The notes: generated from the sequence alone by a model not told the origin. A stretch of DNA of 64,000 bases from a bacterium (GCA_963693055.1 OY843751.1:1504001-1568000), one strand, 5' to 3'. Shown: positions 46,339-57,680, counted from the stretch's first letter. Numbers and translations: made by a program.

Positions 46339-48297
46339 TTATTTCTTGAAAAAAGGATTGGGTAAAAAGTAAAAGAATCCGTCTTCTGCACCAATGAGCA
46401 GATTGTTGGCACCTTTTTTATCCCAGTTTACTATGGTTGGGCTTGTAGAGTGACCTGCCAGTCGTATATCTGTTACCAGCCCTTTATTGGAAAAATAAGT
46501 GTATCCGTTTTCGGTTTTTACATATTTCCAAAAGTCGATTGATTTGCTGTTGGCCATTAAATCCAGCTTACCGTCATGGTCCCAATCGGTAAAACAGAGT
46601 TTACGTCTTCCGCTGCCGCCGGCATCTTTGATGTTTAATCTCAACAGTTCATTGGTATCTGCGTCTTTGAAAATACGCTGGCCTGGTAAAAGTTGAGGCT
46701 GACCGTCTTTGCTTATACGTTTGAAAAATGCGAGATAGCCTTCATGATCAAGCATAACCAGATCGTTCAGTCCGTCCTTGTCCCAGTCAATTACAACCGG
46801 AGTTGTACGCCATTGAGTTGACAGTTCGTCAGGGGCCGGTTTCCACCAGTTCCATGCCGGTTTGGGAGGCGCACCCTGCCAGTCTACAGTAACCGGCTGT
46901 TGTTCAGCCAGTTTGGGATTTTCTTTAGTGCCCACATTTTTGAACCAAACCACTTTGCCCCAGATAGAGTTAACGAGTATATCTTGCAATCCATCATGGT
47001 CCCAATCTGCAACGTTCAGGGTTGTGTAACCCCACTTTGCTTCACAGGGCCCTTGAATAGAACCATTGTATCCCGCCTGAATGCGGATTGTTTTGCCATT
47101 TGCCTGCAGGTAAACCGGTTTAGCCCATTTGGGAGAAGCTGCTCCATCCAGGTTTTCAATGAAACCGATATAGCCCGCAGTATTACCGCAAATCAGATCC
47201 TGGTCGCCGTCATTGTCCCAATCGCAGCTAAAGGGGGTTACCAGTGCGCCGAATTTAACATCCCTTGCCTGTTGCTGGAAATAGCGTGGCGGCATGAATT
47301 TGGGCATAGAATTGTTGATAACGCCCGTGTTTTCAATAAATGCGACGCGGCCATCTTCGTCACCTGCAATAATATCCACATCTCCATCTTTATCCCAGTC
47401 GATAGCAACCGGAACAATCATCTGCAGATCCATAGTTATGGGTGAAAAACTGTGAGTCAATATACGACCATTAGCATACTCGGGGTTGGAACGGCTGCCA
47501 ATATTTTCAAAATAGGTAAACTTGTCTAGAAATTCACCGCACATGATATCCAGATCGCCATCATTGTCATAATCTGCCAGGTTGGGGGATGGCATACCGT
47601 ACACATCAATGGGTTTGCCCGCTGCATTGATCTTGACAGGTTCCGCGTATTTGGGGGACTCTGTTGTTCCTGTATTATGTACAAGGTATATATACCCGTG
47701 CAAAGGACCGCGGGTCCATTCGCCATTGCTGTTAAAAGCATTGTCCCATCCATAATCACCCCAATAGCCAATTCCAACAATCAGGTCAAGTTTGCCGTCT
47801 GCATCATAATCGCAGTATTTCCATTGGTTGGCACGAATCCGGCCTTCCAGTTTAAATACGTCAGGATCTTTGAATATCTTTTTTCCTTTAGTGAAACCGG
47901 ATTCTTTAAAACTGATCAATTCAACGCCCGGTTGTAATATTCGGGGTTTACCATCAATATAAGAAATTTGAGCGTTTTTAACTCCGGGTGCTATTTTGAC
48001 TGACGGTTTGAAAACAGGCATGGGAACATTTCCTTCTGTGTTTTCGAACAGAAAAACTCCATCCTGGGGTTTATCTGTGCAGGAAACGACCATATCAAGA
48101 TCACCGTCGTTGTCATAATCCATAGGTAAGGGCCATGCCCATAATCCTACTCCCAAATCAACGGTTAAACCTGGATTATTATAGGGAATACAATCGAGTG
48201 CTGTTTCAGCCGCAAAGATCGTATTGGTGAAAAGCAGGACACCTAAAAGCAATAGTAATAAGAGCGTTGTGAATTTGGGTTTCCTGAAGTTAATCAT
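46339..48297 (-). CDS. secreted FG-GAP/VCBS repeat protein
   Basis: Signal peptide; many D(Y/W)DxDGDxD repeats. Confidence 0.88.
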   Translation of the reverse strand: MINFRKPKFTTLLLLLLLGVLLFTNTIFAAETALDCIPYNNPGLTVDLGVGLWAWPLPMDYDNDGDLDMVVSCTDKPQDGVFLFENTEGNVPMPVFKPSVKIAPGVKNAQISYIDGKPRILQPGVELISFKESGFTKGKKIFKDPDVFKLEGRIRANQWKYCDYDADGKLDLIVGIGYWGDYGWDNAFNSNGEWTRGPLHGYIYLVHNTGTTESPKYAEPVKINAAGKPIDVYGMPSPNLADYDNDGDLDIMCGEFLDKFTYFENIGSRSNPEYANGRILTHSFSPITMDLQMIVPVAIDWDKDGDVDIIAGDEDGRVAFIENTGVINNSMPKFMPPRYFQQQARDVKFGALVTPFSCDWDNDGDQDLICGNTAGYIGFIENLDGAASPKWAKPVYLQANGKTIRIQAGYNGSIQGPCEAKWGYTTLNVADWDHDGLQDILVNSIWGKVVWFKNVGTKENPKLAEQQPVTVDWQGAPPKPAWNWWKPAPDELSTQWRTTPVVIDWDKDGLNDLVMLDHEGYLAFFKRISKDGQPQLLPGQRIFKDADTNELLRLNIKDAGGSGRRKLCFTDWDHDGKLDLMANSKSIDFWKYVKTENGYTYFSNKGLVTDIRLAGHSTSPTIVNWDKKGANNLLIGAEDGFFYFLPNPFFKK

Positions 48298-48378
48298 TCT
48301 TCCTCCGGTTCGTATACTGTAAAGAGTTGGTTAAATATGTAATGCGGTGAGCTGGTGTTTAACCGCTCACCCTGATAT

Positions 48379-50703
48379 TTATTTTACAAGCTTGATTTCC
48401 GGTCTTGCAGGACCCGAGTAGGGTTCGGCACCCTGATTTTTTTCTTTGAATTCCGGTGCGGTTGTCAGATTTTTATCTGTAACTGTTGGGGCGGAAATAA
48501 ATCCGTGATACCGGCCCATCCAATAGTCACGTAGAAATCCTGTTGGTTCTTTGATGCGATTGCCGCCGCCAGCATCATATTCCAAAGCGTTACGACTGCC
48601 TCCCTTGACGGATGCTTCACGGGGAGATATGGCCCGGGTACCACCTGCTAACGGCACATAGCCTTCTTCGGGTTGCAAATCATCTCGATGTGAATTTGTA
48701 TAACGGTATGTATGGCAATCGAGTACCCATTCTCTCAAATGCTTGACTGATTCATCTACTTCACAGTCGTTTCCGGTGATTGCACCATATGTCAAGTTGT
48801 ACCAGGGAATATGTTCCAGGCGTTTCAGTTCGTAGGTGCGCTCCAGACTACGCAAATAGATAGATAGCAGATTGGGATCATCAACATAGCGAAACAGTGT
48901 GTAATAACACCGGTTGGCCAGATTGTCATCCCATGGTGCAATATCTTCAGGGGGATAAGTGATCTTTTGTCTTACCGTATAATTTTGGTAACCCCATTTC
49001 ATGAGTTGGTCAAAACCTTTTTGATATTTTTTATCACCGCTTACTGCGAATGCTGTTTTCATATAGGTTTGTGCCTGCATTCCGTTTAATCCTCTGGCAA
49101 CATACCCATAGGGGCGAAGCAGGTAATCAGGGTCCCAACGACCCCAGCGTGTGGGTTGACCATCCATGTCTTTTAAAATCCAGCCATTTTCTAAAATGTG
49201 GGTGGCGATATTGGTCAGGTGTTGTGCCGCTAGCTCTTTTTCTTCACCTTTTGCTACCAGATCATGGAACAGCGAAACCGAGTAGATATGCGCATCTACT
49301 TCGTCGCTCGAGGTGTCACCTTTCCAGTACCATTTCCCATCTTCTGCTGGATACCATTTTGCCGGAAGCCCTCCCGAGCCTTCAGTAGCCATATTGTCCT
49401 TGTCGCCTGTGGGGGACCAGATTGCACGTGCAATGAATCCTTTTTTAGGAGTTATCTGATCCAGCCAGACCATGGCTTTAAAAGCATCAACTGCTTTTTC
49501 GCGAGCGGTTTCATCACCGGTTACCGCATATTTGTAGCACATGGCTGCAAGATAAGGAGCTGTATGACCGCCATCATTATCGCTGATTTCTCGGACCCAG
49601 CCCTTATTGTCTCCACCCCAGTAAAGGAGGTGTACAAATCCCATGCGTCTGTGTCCGTAATTGTCAATCAACTTTTCATAATAGTCTGCTTTTTTGGCAA
49701 GGGTATAAGGTTCATAAGAGATGATTCCCAGGCCCTTGTCTGTTGCAATAACTACTTTGTTTTTCCCAACGGCAATATCATGCACGTTATTACCGGGTAA
49801 CCAGAGTTGAGGACCAAAATAGTGCCAGTCATCTTTAAGCATGCGAACAGCACCGGTAGTAGTGCCTATCCATAAATCCTGATCAAATCCCTGGGCCAAA
49901 CAAGTTGTGCTTTCGCTAGGTAATCCATCGGTACCTTGCAGGGTTGTCATTGATGCTCCACGCAATACAGCCAACCCCCGGTCTGTTGAAATAAATAATC
50001 GACTTCCCATTGCCTTCATATCGTTGGTGTTCCGTGATGGCAGCATACCCCAGTCAAAAGCTGTATCATTTACAATGCGGCCATCAAATAGTACGAGTTT
50101 TCCGGGACGTAGAATATAAAGCGTACCACTGTAGGACTGGATCCTGTGAATTGGGCCGAGGTGAACCGGCTGGGATAATACCTGAGATCCGTCTTCCATA
50201 ACTACGGTAATGTCGCTTGATAAATAACCGTTTTTAGGTTCAATATCAACGAATTCGTTTTTTTCAAGCTGGTAGATATCATTGCGGGTAGCAGCGTGAA
50301 CCATTCCGTTATGCATACACATGTCGACAACCGGTTCATTAATCATACTCTTCCAGGATTTATCCAGTCTGAACAGACCCTTGTCAGTCAATGCCCACAG
50401 TTTGTTGCCCATGACCTGAAGTCGAGATACATTTTGGGGTGAAATATCCATTGGTATAAAATCGTTATTAAGAAGTGTATGTATTTTAGAGTCAATAACC
50501 GTATAAATTTTATCGTTAAATAACGCCACCGACTCTATTGGTTTCTCACTTTTGATTTTATGAGAAACTTCTTGTAGATAGACATCATCTTTTTCCGGCT
50601 GCCATAGCTGATGAGGTGGATGAAATAAGTCATCTGCAAGTAATTCTAAAGGGGAAGAGATGATCAATATGGTCAGAAGTATTCGTTTTAGATTTCTGGT
50701 CAT
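48379..50703 (-). CDS. secreted protein: beta-propeller plus probable alpha/alpha-toroid (glycosidase-like) domain
   Basis: Signal peptide; DGLPS...LWIGT propeller repeats; DNDG..T..YL, WKGDTSSDE. Confidence 0.6.
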   Translation of the reverse strand: MTRNLKRILLTILIISSPLELLADDLFHPPHQLWQPEKDDVYLQEVSHKIKSEKPIESVALFNDKIYTVIDSKIHTLLNNDFIPMDISPQNVSRLQVMGNKLWALTDKGLFRLDKSWKSMINEPVVDMCMHNGMVHAATRNDIYQLEKNEFVDIEPKNGYLSSDITVVMEDGSQVLSQPVHLGPIHRIQSYSGTLYILRPGKLVLFDGRIVNDTAFDWGMLPSRNTNDMKAMGSRLFISTDRGLAVLRGASMTTLQGTDGLPSESTTCLAQGFDQDLWIGTTTGAVRMLKDDWHYFGPQLWLPGNNVHDIAVGKNKVVIATDKGLGIISYEPYTLAKKADYYEKLIDNYGHRRMGFVHLLYWGGDNKGWVREISDNDGGHTAPYLAAMCYKYAVTGDETAREKAVDAFKAMVWLDQITPKKGFIARAIWSPTGDKDNMATEGSGGLPAKWYPAEDGKWYWKGDTSSDEVDAHIYSVSLFHDLVAKGEEKELAAQHLTNIATHILENGWILKDMDGQPTRWGRWDPDYLLRPYGYVARGLNGMQAQTYMKTAFAVSGDKKYQKGFDQLMKWGYQNYTVRQKITYPPEDIAPWDDNLANRCYYTLFRYVDDPNLLSIYLRSLERTYELKRLEHIPWYNLTYGAITGNDCEVDESVKHLREWVLDCHTYRYTNSHRDDLQPEEGYVPLAGGTRAISPREASVKGGSRNALEYDAGGGNRIKEPTGFLRDYWMGRYHGFISAPTVTDKNLTTAPEFKEKNQGAEPYSGPARPEIKLVK

Positions 50704-50886
50704 AACATTTCTCCTTGATTTTTTTTGTTTTTCCCTGAAAAGAGTGTATATTAAATTAAAATATGTATCTTTGAATAACAGCATTTTATTGGTGAAATAA
50801 AAGTAAAATTTTGTTATTTACAAGTCAAATGCTGTATAACTGATCTGGTAAAATCATTCCATAATGTGGGTAGGAGAAGCGAGTAA

Positions 50887-52227
50887 ATGAAGGTCTCTGA
50901 TCGTTACTTTTCTATCACTCAAAAGTATTCTGCATTCTGGCGGAATTATATTTTCTGGAAACTTGATCGGTTAAATCATGGGGAAATGCGGCAACATTAT
51001 AATGATATATCTCAAGCATTTACTGACCCATTAAATGCCCGGAAAAAAGCGCAAACCAGACTTGAATCTTTGATCAAACATGCCAAAGAAACAACAATCT
51101 TTTATCAGAATTATGATTTGAATAGTGATTATGCCAGCCTGCTGGTTATTGAAAAGGATTTGATACGGAAGCGGTTTGATGACTTTATTTCGAATACGTA
51201 TGATCGACCCAATCTGGGCACCTTGTCTACAAGTGGATCATATGGCATCCCCTTTATATTTTATGTGACACAAGATAAAATTAAAAGGCAGCAGGCTGAA
51301 ATTTTATATTTTAACGAGTGGGCGGGGTATAATCTGGGTTCTCGTATGGTTCAGTTGCGTGTGTTTGAACGCTCCTGGTTTTACTTTTTTTCGCAGAATT
51401 GCCGCAAAATTGATCCCAAACGTATTGATGGAAACTGGTATGAGAGATCAAGAAAAATTGTAAAAAACAGACGAAACCGCTTTCTTGTTGGGTATCCCGG
51501 TGCTTTGATTCAGTTAGCCAGATATTGTGAGGAAAAGGGGGATGACCCACAGGATTTTACATTTAAGGGTATTGTTTGTAGTGCCGAACCCATGACAACA
51601 GATATGCGCAATACATTCACTCGTGTTTTTGGCTGCCCGATATTTGATCGTTATGCGGCAGTAGAGTTGGGAGTAATTGCTCATGATTGCCCCAGGTGCG
51701 GTTTGCGGCATGTGAATTTTCCCAGTTATTATGTTGAATTGTTGAAACTGGACAAGGATGAACCTGTTAACCCGGGTGAAACCGGAAGGGTAGTTGTTAC
51801 CGATCTATTTTCACATGCCATGCCTTTGATACGATATAATACCGGGGATTTGGCTAGCTGGGTGACAACAGGGCGATGTAACGATTTATACCCAACTTTG
51901 AGCAGGATTGATGGACGATATCGTGAAATCATTTTTGCTGTAGACAAGACCCTCGTATATCCTAGCAGTATCAATAATGCGATTGCAGATCATGGAAATG
52001 AAAAAGACTTGTTACAATATCAGTTTGTTCAGACAAGTGAAAATGAATATGTTTTAAAGCTGGTTGTGACCTCTGCATTTGATCATCAGGAAATTCTTGG
52101 AAATCGATTGCTGGAATTAATTGGTAAGAATGCTCAACTTTGCTTCGAGTATGTAGATCATATTCCGCCACTTTCATCCGGTAAACGTCCGCTTATTTAT
52201 AATACCCTTGGGGAACATTTTAACTAG
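50887..52227 (+). CDS. phenylacetate-CoA ligase-like / CapK family adenylate-forming protein
   Basis: TSGSYG, YAAVELG, MPLIRYNTGD, GR, SGK. Confidence 0.85.
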   Translation: MKVSDRYFSITQKYSAFWRNYIFWKLDRLNHGEMRQHYNDISQAFTDPLNARKKAQTRLESLIKHAKETTIFYQNYDLNSDYASLLVIEKDLIRKRFDDFISNTYDRPNLGTLSTSGSYGIPFIFYVTQDKIKRQQAEILYFNEWAGYNLGSRMVQLRVFERSWFYFFSQNCRKIDPKRIDGNWYERSRKIVKNRRNRFLVGYPGALIQLARYCEEKGDDPQDFTFKGIVCSAEPMTTDMRNTFTRVFGCPIFDRYAAVELGVIAHDCPRCGLRHVNFPSYYVELLKLDKDEPVNPGETGRVVVTDLFSHAMPLIRYNTGDLASWVTTGRCNDLYPTLSRIDGRYREIIFAVDKTLVYPSSINNAIADHGNEKDLLQYQFVQTSENEYVLKLVVTSAFDHQEILGNRLLELIGKNAQLCFEYVDHIPPLSSGKRPLIYNTLGEHFN

Positions 52228-52331
52228 AAGGTCTGGGTTATATAATTTTATTTAGCGTTTAATAAAAATTTTGTTATCTTAGAAACACAGATTAATTTAC
52301 TTTTCAGATAATTTCAAATGAGGTATGGGAT

Positions 52332-54122
52332 ATGTTTCATGTCATAGACTGGATTATTCTTGCTGTATTTTTTGTCATTGTTTTGTCCATTGGTTTACTG
52401 GTATCCCGCAGGGCGGGCAAAAGCAGTGCCGAGTTTTTTCTGTCAGGACGTAATATGCCCTGGTGGTTATTGGGTGTTTCAATGGTGGCTTGTACCTTTT
52501 CCGCAGATACCCCCAATTTGGTAACAGATATTGTGAGAAATAATGGTGTTGCGGGTAATTGGGCCTGGTGGGCATTTCTTTTTACAGGCATGTTGACGGT
52601 GTTTGTTTATGCAAAACTTTGGCGCCGGTCTGAAGTCATGACAGATCTCGAGTTTTACGAGATACGTTACAGCGGCAAAATGGCTGCCTTTTTGCGTGGA
52701 TTCCGAGCCATATACCTGGGCCTCTTTTTTAATGTTATGATTATGGGAACCGTTTCCCTGGCAGCAATTAAAATTGGTGAGGTAATGTTTGGTTTTAACC
52801 AGTATACAACAATTATTCTGGCATCTTTTGCGGTTGTTGTTTATGCGACTTTGGGTGGTTTGAGAGGCGTGATTTTTGCCGATTTTTTCCAGTTTGGAAT
52901 TGCCATGGTAGGCTCTGTTGCTGCGGCAGTAATAGCTGTCAAACAACCCGAGATTGGAAGCTTTAGTGCGTTGATCAGTCATGAAGCATTACAGGGCAAA
53001 TTGAGTGTATTTCCAGATTTTTCTGACTTGTCTGTTTTAATTCCGCTGTTTGTTATTCCTATTGCTGTTCAGTGGTGGAATGTTTGGTATCCCGGTGCTG
53101 AGCCAGGTGGTGGCGGTTATATTGCACAGCGTATGCTTTCTGCCAAAGATGAAAAGAATGCCATTGGCGCAACACTGTTTTTTAATATTGCACATTACGC
53201 ATTACGGCCCTGGCCTTGGATTGTTGTGGCGTTGAGTTCTATAATTATTTTCCCGGAATTGAGTGATATACATGCAAGATTCCCGGATATAAATCCCTAT
53301 TATCTTAAAGATGATATTGCGTATCCTGCAATGATGACACTATTACCCAAAGGTCTGTTTGGACTTGTAGTAGCTTCTTTGATTGCGGCTTACATGTCTA
53401 CAATTGGTACCCATTTGAATTGGGGCGCATCTTATATTGTTAACGATTTTTATAAACGTTTTATAAAACCCAATGCTTCTGAAAAAGAGCTGGTTGGCGC
53501 AGGACGCTGGTTGACTATAATATTAATGATATTAACAGCTATTGTTGCATTGTGGTTGCAAAATGCAAAACAAGCATTTGATATTTTATTGCAGATTGGT
53601 GCCGGTACAGGATTGATCTTTATCATTCGCTGGTTTTGGTGGCGTATTAATGCCTATACTGAGATTTCTGCAATGGTTATTTCATTTGTGGTTGCCGTCT
53701 TTTTTAAACTGGTAATCAAGGCACCTGAGGCAGGTATGGAAGCGGCCTGGTACCAGATGTCACATTGGCAGTTGGTAGCGGGTATCATTATTACTACCAT
53801 AACCTGGCTGGTTGTGACTTTTTTAACCCGTCCTGAAGATGATGAAACCCTGAAACGATTTGTTAAACTTACACGTCCCGGTGGAAACGGATGGACGCGT
53901 ATTAATGAACTGCTTTATAAAGAAGGGCACAAGCCTATTGAGCATCAGCTGGCATTAGAAATTTTTTGTATGGTTATAGGTGTGTTTACGGTTTATAATG
54001 CATTATTTGCAACCGGATTCTGGTTGTACGGCCAAATTGTTGGTGCTGTTATCAGTACAACTTTGACTACTATTGGCGCAATAGTATTATTAAAGGTTTT
54101 TGGCAAATTAAAGGTAGGTTGA
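52332..54122 (+). CDS. sodium:solute symporter
   Basis: FFLSGRNMPWW, GGL.GV..D, QRMLSAK, AAYMST; many TMs. Confidence 0.92.
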   Translation: MFHVIDWIILAVFFVIVLSIGLLVSRRAGKSSAEFFLSGRNMPWWLLGVSMVACTFSADTPNLVTDIVRNNGVAGNWAWWAFLFTGMLTVFVYAKLWRRSEVMTDLEFYEIRYSGKMAAFLRGFRAIYLGLFFNVMIMGTVSLAAIKIGEVMFGFNQYTTIILASFAVVVYATLGGLRGVIFADFFQFGIAMVGSVAAAVIAVKQPEIGSFSALISHEALQGKLSVFPDFSDLSVLIPLFVIPIAVQWWNVWYPGAEPGGGGYIAQRMLSAKDEKNAIGATLFFNIAHYALRPWPWIVVALSSIIIFPELSDIHARFPDINPYYLKDDIAYPAMMTLLPKGLFGLVVASLIAAYMSTIGTHLNWGASYIVNDFYKRFIKPNASEKELVGAGRWLTIILMILTAIVALWLQNAKQAFDILLQIGAGTGLIFIIRWFWWRINAYTEISAMVISFVVAVFFKLVIKAPEAGMEAAWYQMSHWQLVAGIIITTITWLVVTFLTRPEDDETLKRFVKLTRPGGNGWTRINELLYKEGHKPIEHQLALEIFCMVIGVFTVYNALFATGFWLYGQIVGAVISTTLTTIGAIVLLKVFGKLKVG

Positions 54123-54150
54123 TTGAAACCATGGAGTGGATTTTTTACTC

Positions 54151-55560
54151 ATGAAGATTAGAGATTTAACTGAAAAGTTGGCAGGAAATAATCCGATATT
54201 AAAAAATCATCCGGACCTGATTGCGGCAGCCAAACAGGAATTTGATCCGGATAATGAAGTTCTGATCGTCAAGGCCCCGGGCCGTGTGAACCTGATTGGT
54301 GAGCACACGGATTACAATATGGGTCCGGTACTGCCTTGCGCTATTGATAAAGAAATTGTTTTGATCGTTGTTCCTTTATCGTCATCAACAGTTAACGTTT
54401 CAAATGTTGATGCAGCATTTGATAGTGTTGAATTTGATATTGGTACAGAAATTACACCTTTTGATAAAGGACATTGGGGCAATTATATTAAAGCAGGTGT
54501 TAAAGGTATTATAGAGCATTATGCAGAAACAGAAATAGCTTTTAAAGGATTTAAAGCTATTGCCTCGGGCACGCTGCCCAAAGCGGCAGGCCTCTCGAGT
54601 TCTTCTGCGCTGGTGGTTGTGTCTGCACTGGCTATTCTGGTTGCAAATCAAATAGAAATGGACAAACGCAGGCTTGCTGAACTTTGTGCGCATGCCGAAT
54701 ATTTTGTAGGAACGGCTGGTGGTGGGATGGACCAGGCTGCCAGTTTGTTAGGCAAAGAAAATACTTTTTTAAAAATGGATTTTAATCCATTGCGGATAGA
54801 ACCCATACCCGCACCTTCAGGTATGCAGTTGATGATTTTTCATTCATTGGTCCATGCAGAAAAAAGCGGTGAAATGCGTGAAGCTTTTAACCGCAGAGTA
54901 CTTGAATGCCGAATGGGTGTAGACCTGTTGAATCGTTTTGCGGCTGAACGCATGGAACAGTTCAAGCCTGTTGAATATATTGGTCATGTAGATGCAGAGC
55001 ATACCGGTATGGAAGAAAAAGCTTTGGATGTGCTTGTAACAGATTTTTTGGAATCTTTGAATGAATCATATTCTCTTGAAGAATTTCTGACTCTTTTTTC
55101 TCTCACAGAACAGGAATTGTTTGAAAGGTACAAGTCTATCATGCGCAGTGACCATATTGTAGAACCCAAAGAGGGATTTAAAATAAAATCCCGGTTCAGA
55201 CATGTATTTACCGAATGCAAACGTGTGCATCAATCCATTTCCTGTTTAAAATCCGGTGATATGGAGGCTATGGGAAAACTGATCAATGCATCTCACACCA
55301 GTCTCTCAGAGGATTACGAGATTTCTACTCCAGAGGTTGATCGACTGGTAGATTTGTTGAATAAAAATGGTGCATTGGGTGCAAGAATTATGGGCGCTGG
55401 TTTTGGCGGTGTAGTCATTGCATTGACAACACCGGAACATGGAAAAAGTCTTGTTGAATCGATAATGGAACTTTATTATAAAGACCGGGATGCAGCCGGA
55501 ATTGAAAATCCTGTGCTGGCATGTGTTGTTGGTGATGGGGCAGGAGAAATCCAATTTTAA
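54151..55560 (+). CDS. galK: galactokinase (GHMP kinase)
   Basis: APGRVNLIGEHTDYN, P.AAGLSSSSAL, GGMDQ, GAGFGG. Confidence 0.9.
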   Translation: MKIRDLTEKLAGNNPILKNHPDLIAAAKQEFDPDNEVLIVKAPGRVNLIGEHTDYNMGPVLPCAIDKEIVLIVVPLSSSTVNVSNVDAAFDSVEFDIGTEITPFDKGHWGNYIKAGVKGIIEHYAETEIAFKGFKAIASGTLPKAAGLSSSSALVVVSALAILVANQIEMDKRRLAELCAHAEYFVGTAGGGMDQAASLLGKENTFLKMDFNPLRIEPIPAPSGMQLMIFHSLVHAEKSGEMREAFNRRVLECRMGVDLLNRFAAERMEQFKPVEYIGHVDAEHTGMEEKALDVLVTDFLESLNESYSLEEFLTLFSLTEQELFERYKSIMRSDHIVEPKEGFKIKSRFRHVFTECKRVHQSISCLKSGDMEAMGKLINASHTSLSEDYEISTPEVDRLVDLLNKNGALGARIMGAGFGGVVIALTTPEHGKSLVESIMELYYKDRDAAGIENPVLACVVGDGAGEIQF

Positions 55561-55571
55561 GAGGTGACATC

Positions 55572-57008
55572 ATGGTTACCCGCAGACATTTTCTAAAAAC
55601 ACTCGGTGTAGGTATGGGCGCTGCCATGCTGCCCGGGTGTTCTTTACTACACAAATCCAAACCTAATTTTTTATTCATTCTGGTAGATGATTTGGGGATA
55701 TCAGATTTATCATGTTACGGCAGTCGCTTTTATGAAACCCCAAATCTGGATAAACTTGCCGCGTCTGGTACGCGATTCACGGAAGCGTATGCCTCGTGTC
55801 CTGTTTGTTCACCCACACGCGCGTCAATCATGACCGGTAAATATCCCACCCGGTTAAACATAACGGACTGGATTCCGGGGAACGACCCCAAAGATCGCAA
55901 GCTTTTAGGTCCCCAGGACAAACACGAACTACCCCTTGAAGAAAAGACCATTGCGGAAGCTTTACATGAAAACGGTTACCAGACTTTTTTCGCCGGTAAA
56001 TGGTATTTGGGTGACAAGGGTTATTTCCCGGAAGATCAGGGCTTTGATATCAATAAAGGTGGGCACCATGTGGGATCCCCGCCTAACGGTTATTACGTAC
56101 CTTATAAAATTCCCAATTTGCCGGATGGCCCGGAAGGTGAGTATCTCACTGACCGGTTGACCAATGAATCAATTCGATTTCTGGAAGAAAAAGGCAGCAA
56201 TCCCTTTTTATTGTATCTTGCATTTTATACTGTGCATACTCCCATAGAAGCATGTAAACGACATTTAGCAAAATTTGAGGCCAAGGCGACTGCGCTTCCT
56301 GAAACTGATGCACCAGTGTATATTTTTGAATACGCGGGCCACACCCGTCAGATCCAAAATCGGGCTGATTATGCCTCTATGCTTTATGCAATGGATGAAA
56401 ATGTAGGCAGAGTATTGGATAAACTTGAAGAGTTGGGCCTTTCAGAGAATACGGTTGTCATATTTACATCGGACAATGGTGGGTTGGCATCCCTTTATCC
56501 AAATCGGGATGCACCAACTGCCAATTTGCCCTACAGAGCAGGCAAGGGGTGGTGTTATGAAGGCGGTATCCGTGTGCCGTTAATTATACGAACACCCGGA
56601 GAACAGTCTTTTGAAAGTGATGAACCGGTTATCAGCATGGATTTTTATCCTACCATGCTCGAGCTTGCGGGGATACCGGCTATACCGGAGCAGCATGTTG
56701 ATGGAAAAAGTCTGGTATCTTTGCTGAATGGAGCAGAACGGCTGGACCGGAAGGCGTTGTACTGGCATTATCCGCATTATCATGGCAGCGCATGGACTCC
56801 GGGAGCAACTGTAAGAGCAAGGGACTGGAAGCTAATCGAGCTGTATCACGAGGAAAAGACAGAACTCTATAATCTCAAAGAGGATGTGGGTGAACATCAT
56901 GATCTTGCAGCTGATCGTCCGGATAAAGTTGAGGAATTGCAGAATATGTTACATCTCTGGCAAAAAGAGGCGGGTGCATTGATGCCAAAAGTGAATCCGG
57001 ATTATTAA
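55572..57008 (+). CDS. Tat-exported sulfatase (S1, Cys-type)
   Basis: TRRHFLK Tat motif; DDLG, CSPTRAS..TG, VH, SDNGG, K..YEGG.RVP. Confidence 0.92.
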   Translation: MVTRRHFLKTLGVGMGAAMLPGCSLLHKSKPNFLFILVDDLGISDLSCYGSRFYETPNLDKLAASGTRFTEAYASCPVCSPTRASIMTGKYPTRLNITDWIPGNDPKDRKLLGPQDKHELPLEEKTIAEALHENGYQTFFAGKWYLGDKGYFPEDQGFDINKGGHHVGSPPNGYYVPYKIPNLPDGPEGEYLTDRLTNESIRFLEEKGSNPFLLYLAFYTVHTPIEACKRHLAKFEAKATALPETDAPVYIFEYAGHTRQIQNRADYASMLYAMDENVGRVLDKLEELGLSENTVVIFTSDNGGLASLYPNRDAPTANLPYRAGKGWCYEGGIRVPLIIRTPGEQSFESDEPVISMDFYPTMLELAGIPAIPEQHVDGKSLVSLLNGAERLDRKALYWHYPHYHGSAWTPGATVRARDWKLIELYHEEKTELYNLKEDVGEHHDLAADRPDKVEELQNMLHLWQKEAGALMPKVNPDY

Positions 57009-57044
57009 GATTAATTTTACTTGTGAGTTGTTGGGATTCTGCTT

Positions 57045-57074
57045 ATATTTAGGTCTAAATTTGGACCTAAATAT
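57045..57074. promoter_or_regulatory. palindromic operator of the TA operon
   Basis: ATATTTAGGTC-N8-GACCTAAATAT just before the antitoxin RBS. Confidence 0.65.
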
Positions 57075-57084
57075 GGAGTTTTAG

Positions 57085-57405
57085 ATGAATGGATTAAATA
57101 TTTCCAAAGATATTATTCCTGTTGGTGAATTTAAAGCAGGTTTGTCAAAATGGTTAAAAAGTGTAAGAGAAACGAATCATCCATTAATCATAACACAAAA
57201 TGGACGACCTGCGGGTGTGCTGCTATCACCAACCGAATATGATGAGCTTGTTGCGGTGAGATCATTTATTCAATCCGTTGAGAGGGGAATTGCTGATGCA
57301 GGATCCAATAAAGTCTATAGTACTCAGGAATTGAGAGAAGAATTGATTAATCACAGGGGGAATCGTAATAATGCAAGTGAGGTGGACTCGAGAAGCACTA
57401 GATAA
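57085..57405 (+). CDS. Phd/YefM-family antitoxin
   Basis: EFKA.LS..L..V...PLIITQNGRPAGVLLS..EY. Confidence 0.9.
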   Translation: MNGLNISKDIIPVGEFKAGLSKWLKSVRETNHPLIITQNGRPAGVLLSPTEYDELVAVRSFIQSVERGIADAGSNKVYSTQELREELINHRGNRNNASEVDSRSTR

Positions 57406-57664
57406 ACTTTTATTAATTGATGATTTTATTGCAAAAGAGAATCCTAAACGCTCAAAGAATTTTGTAAATTTATTGCTTGAAAAAGATGACTCGCTTGCTG
57501 AATCACCTTATAGGGGACGGAAAGTTCCAGAATTTAACAATTCACAAATTCGTGAAATAATAGTTAAAAATTTTAGACTTGTTTATAAAATATCTGCTGA
57601 TATTATATATATAATTACTGTATTTGAGGGTCATAAAATTTTGAAATTAAATAACTTGGATTGA
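57371..57664 (+). CDS. RelE/ParE-family toxin
   Basis: VRWTREA..L..I..FI...P.RGR.VPE....RE....FRLVY. Confidence 0.88.
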   Translation: MQVRWTREALDKLLLIDDFIAKENPKRSKNFVNLLLEKDDSLAESPYRGRKVPEFNNSQIREIIVKNFRLVYKISADIIYIITVFEGHKILKLNNLD

Positions 57665-57680
57665 TTTATTTAATAATAAA

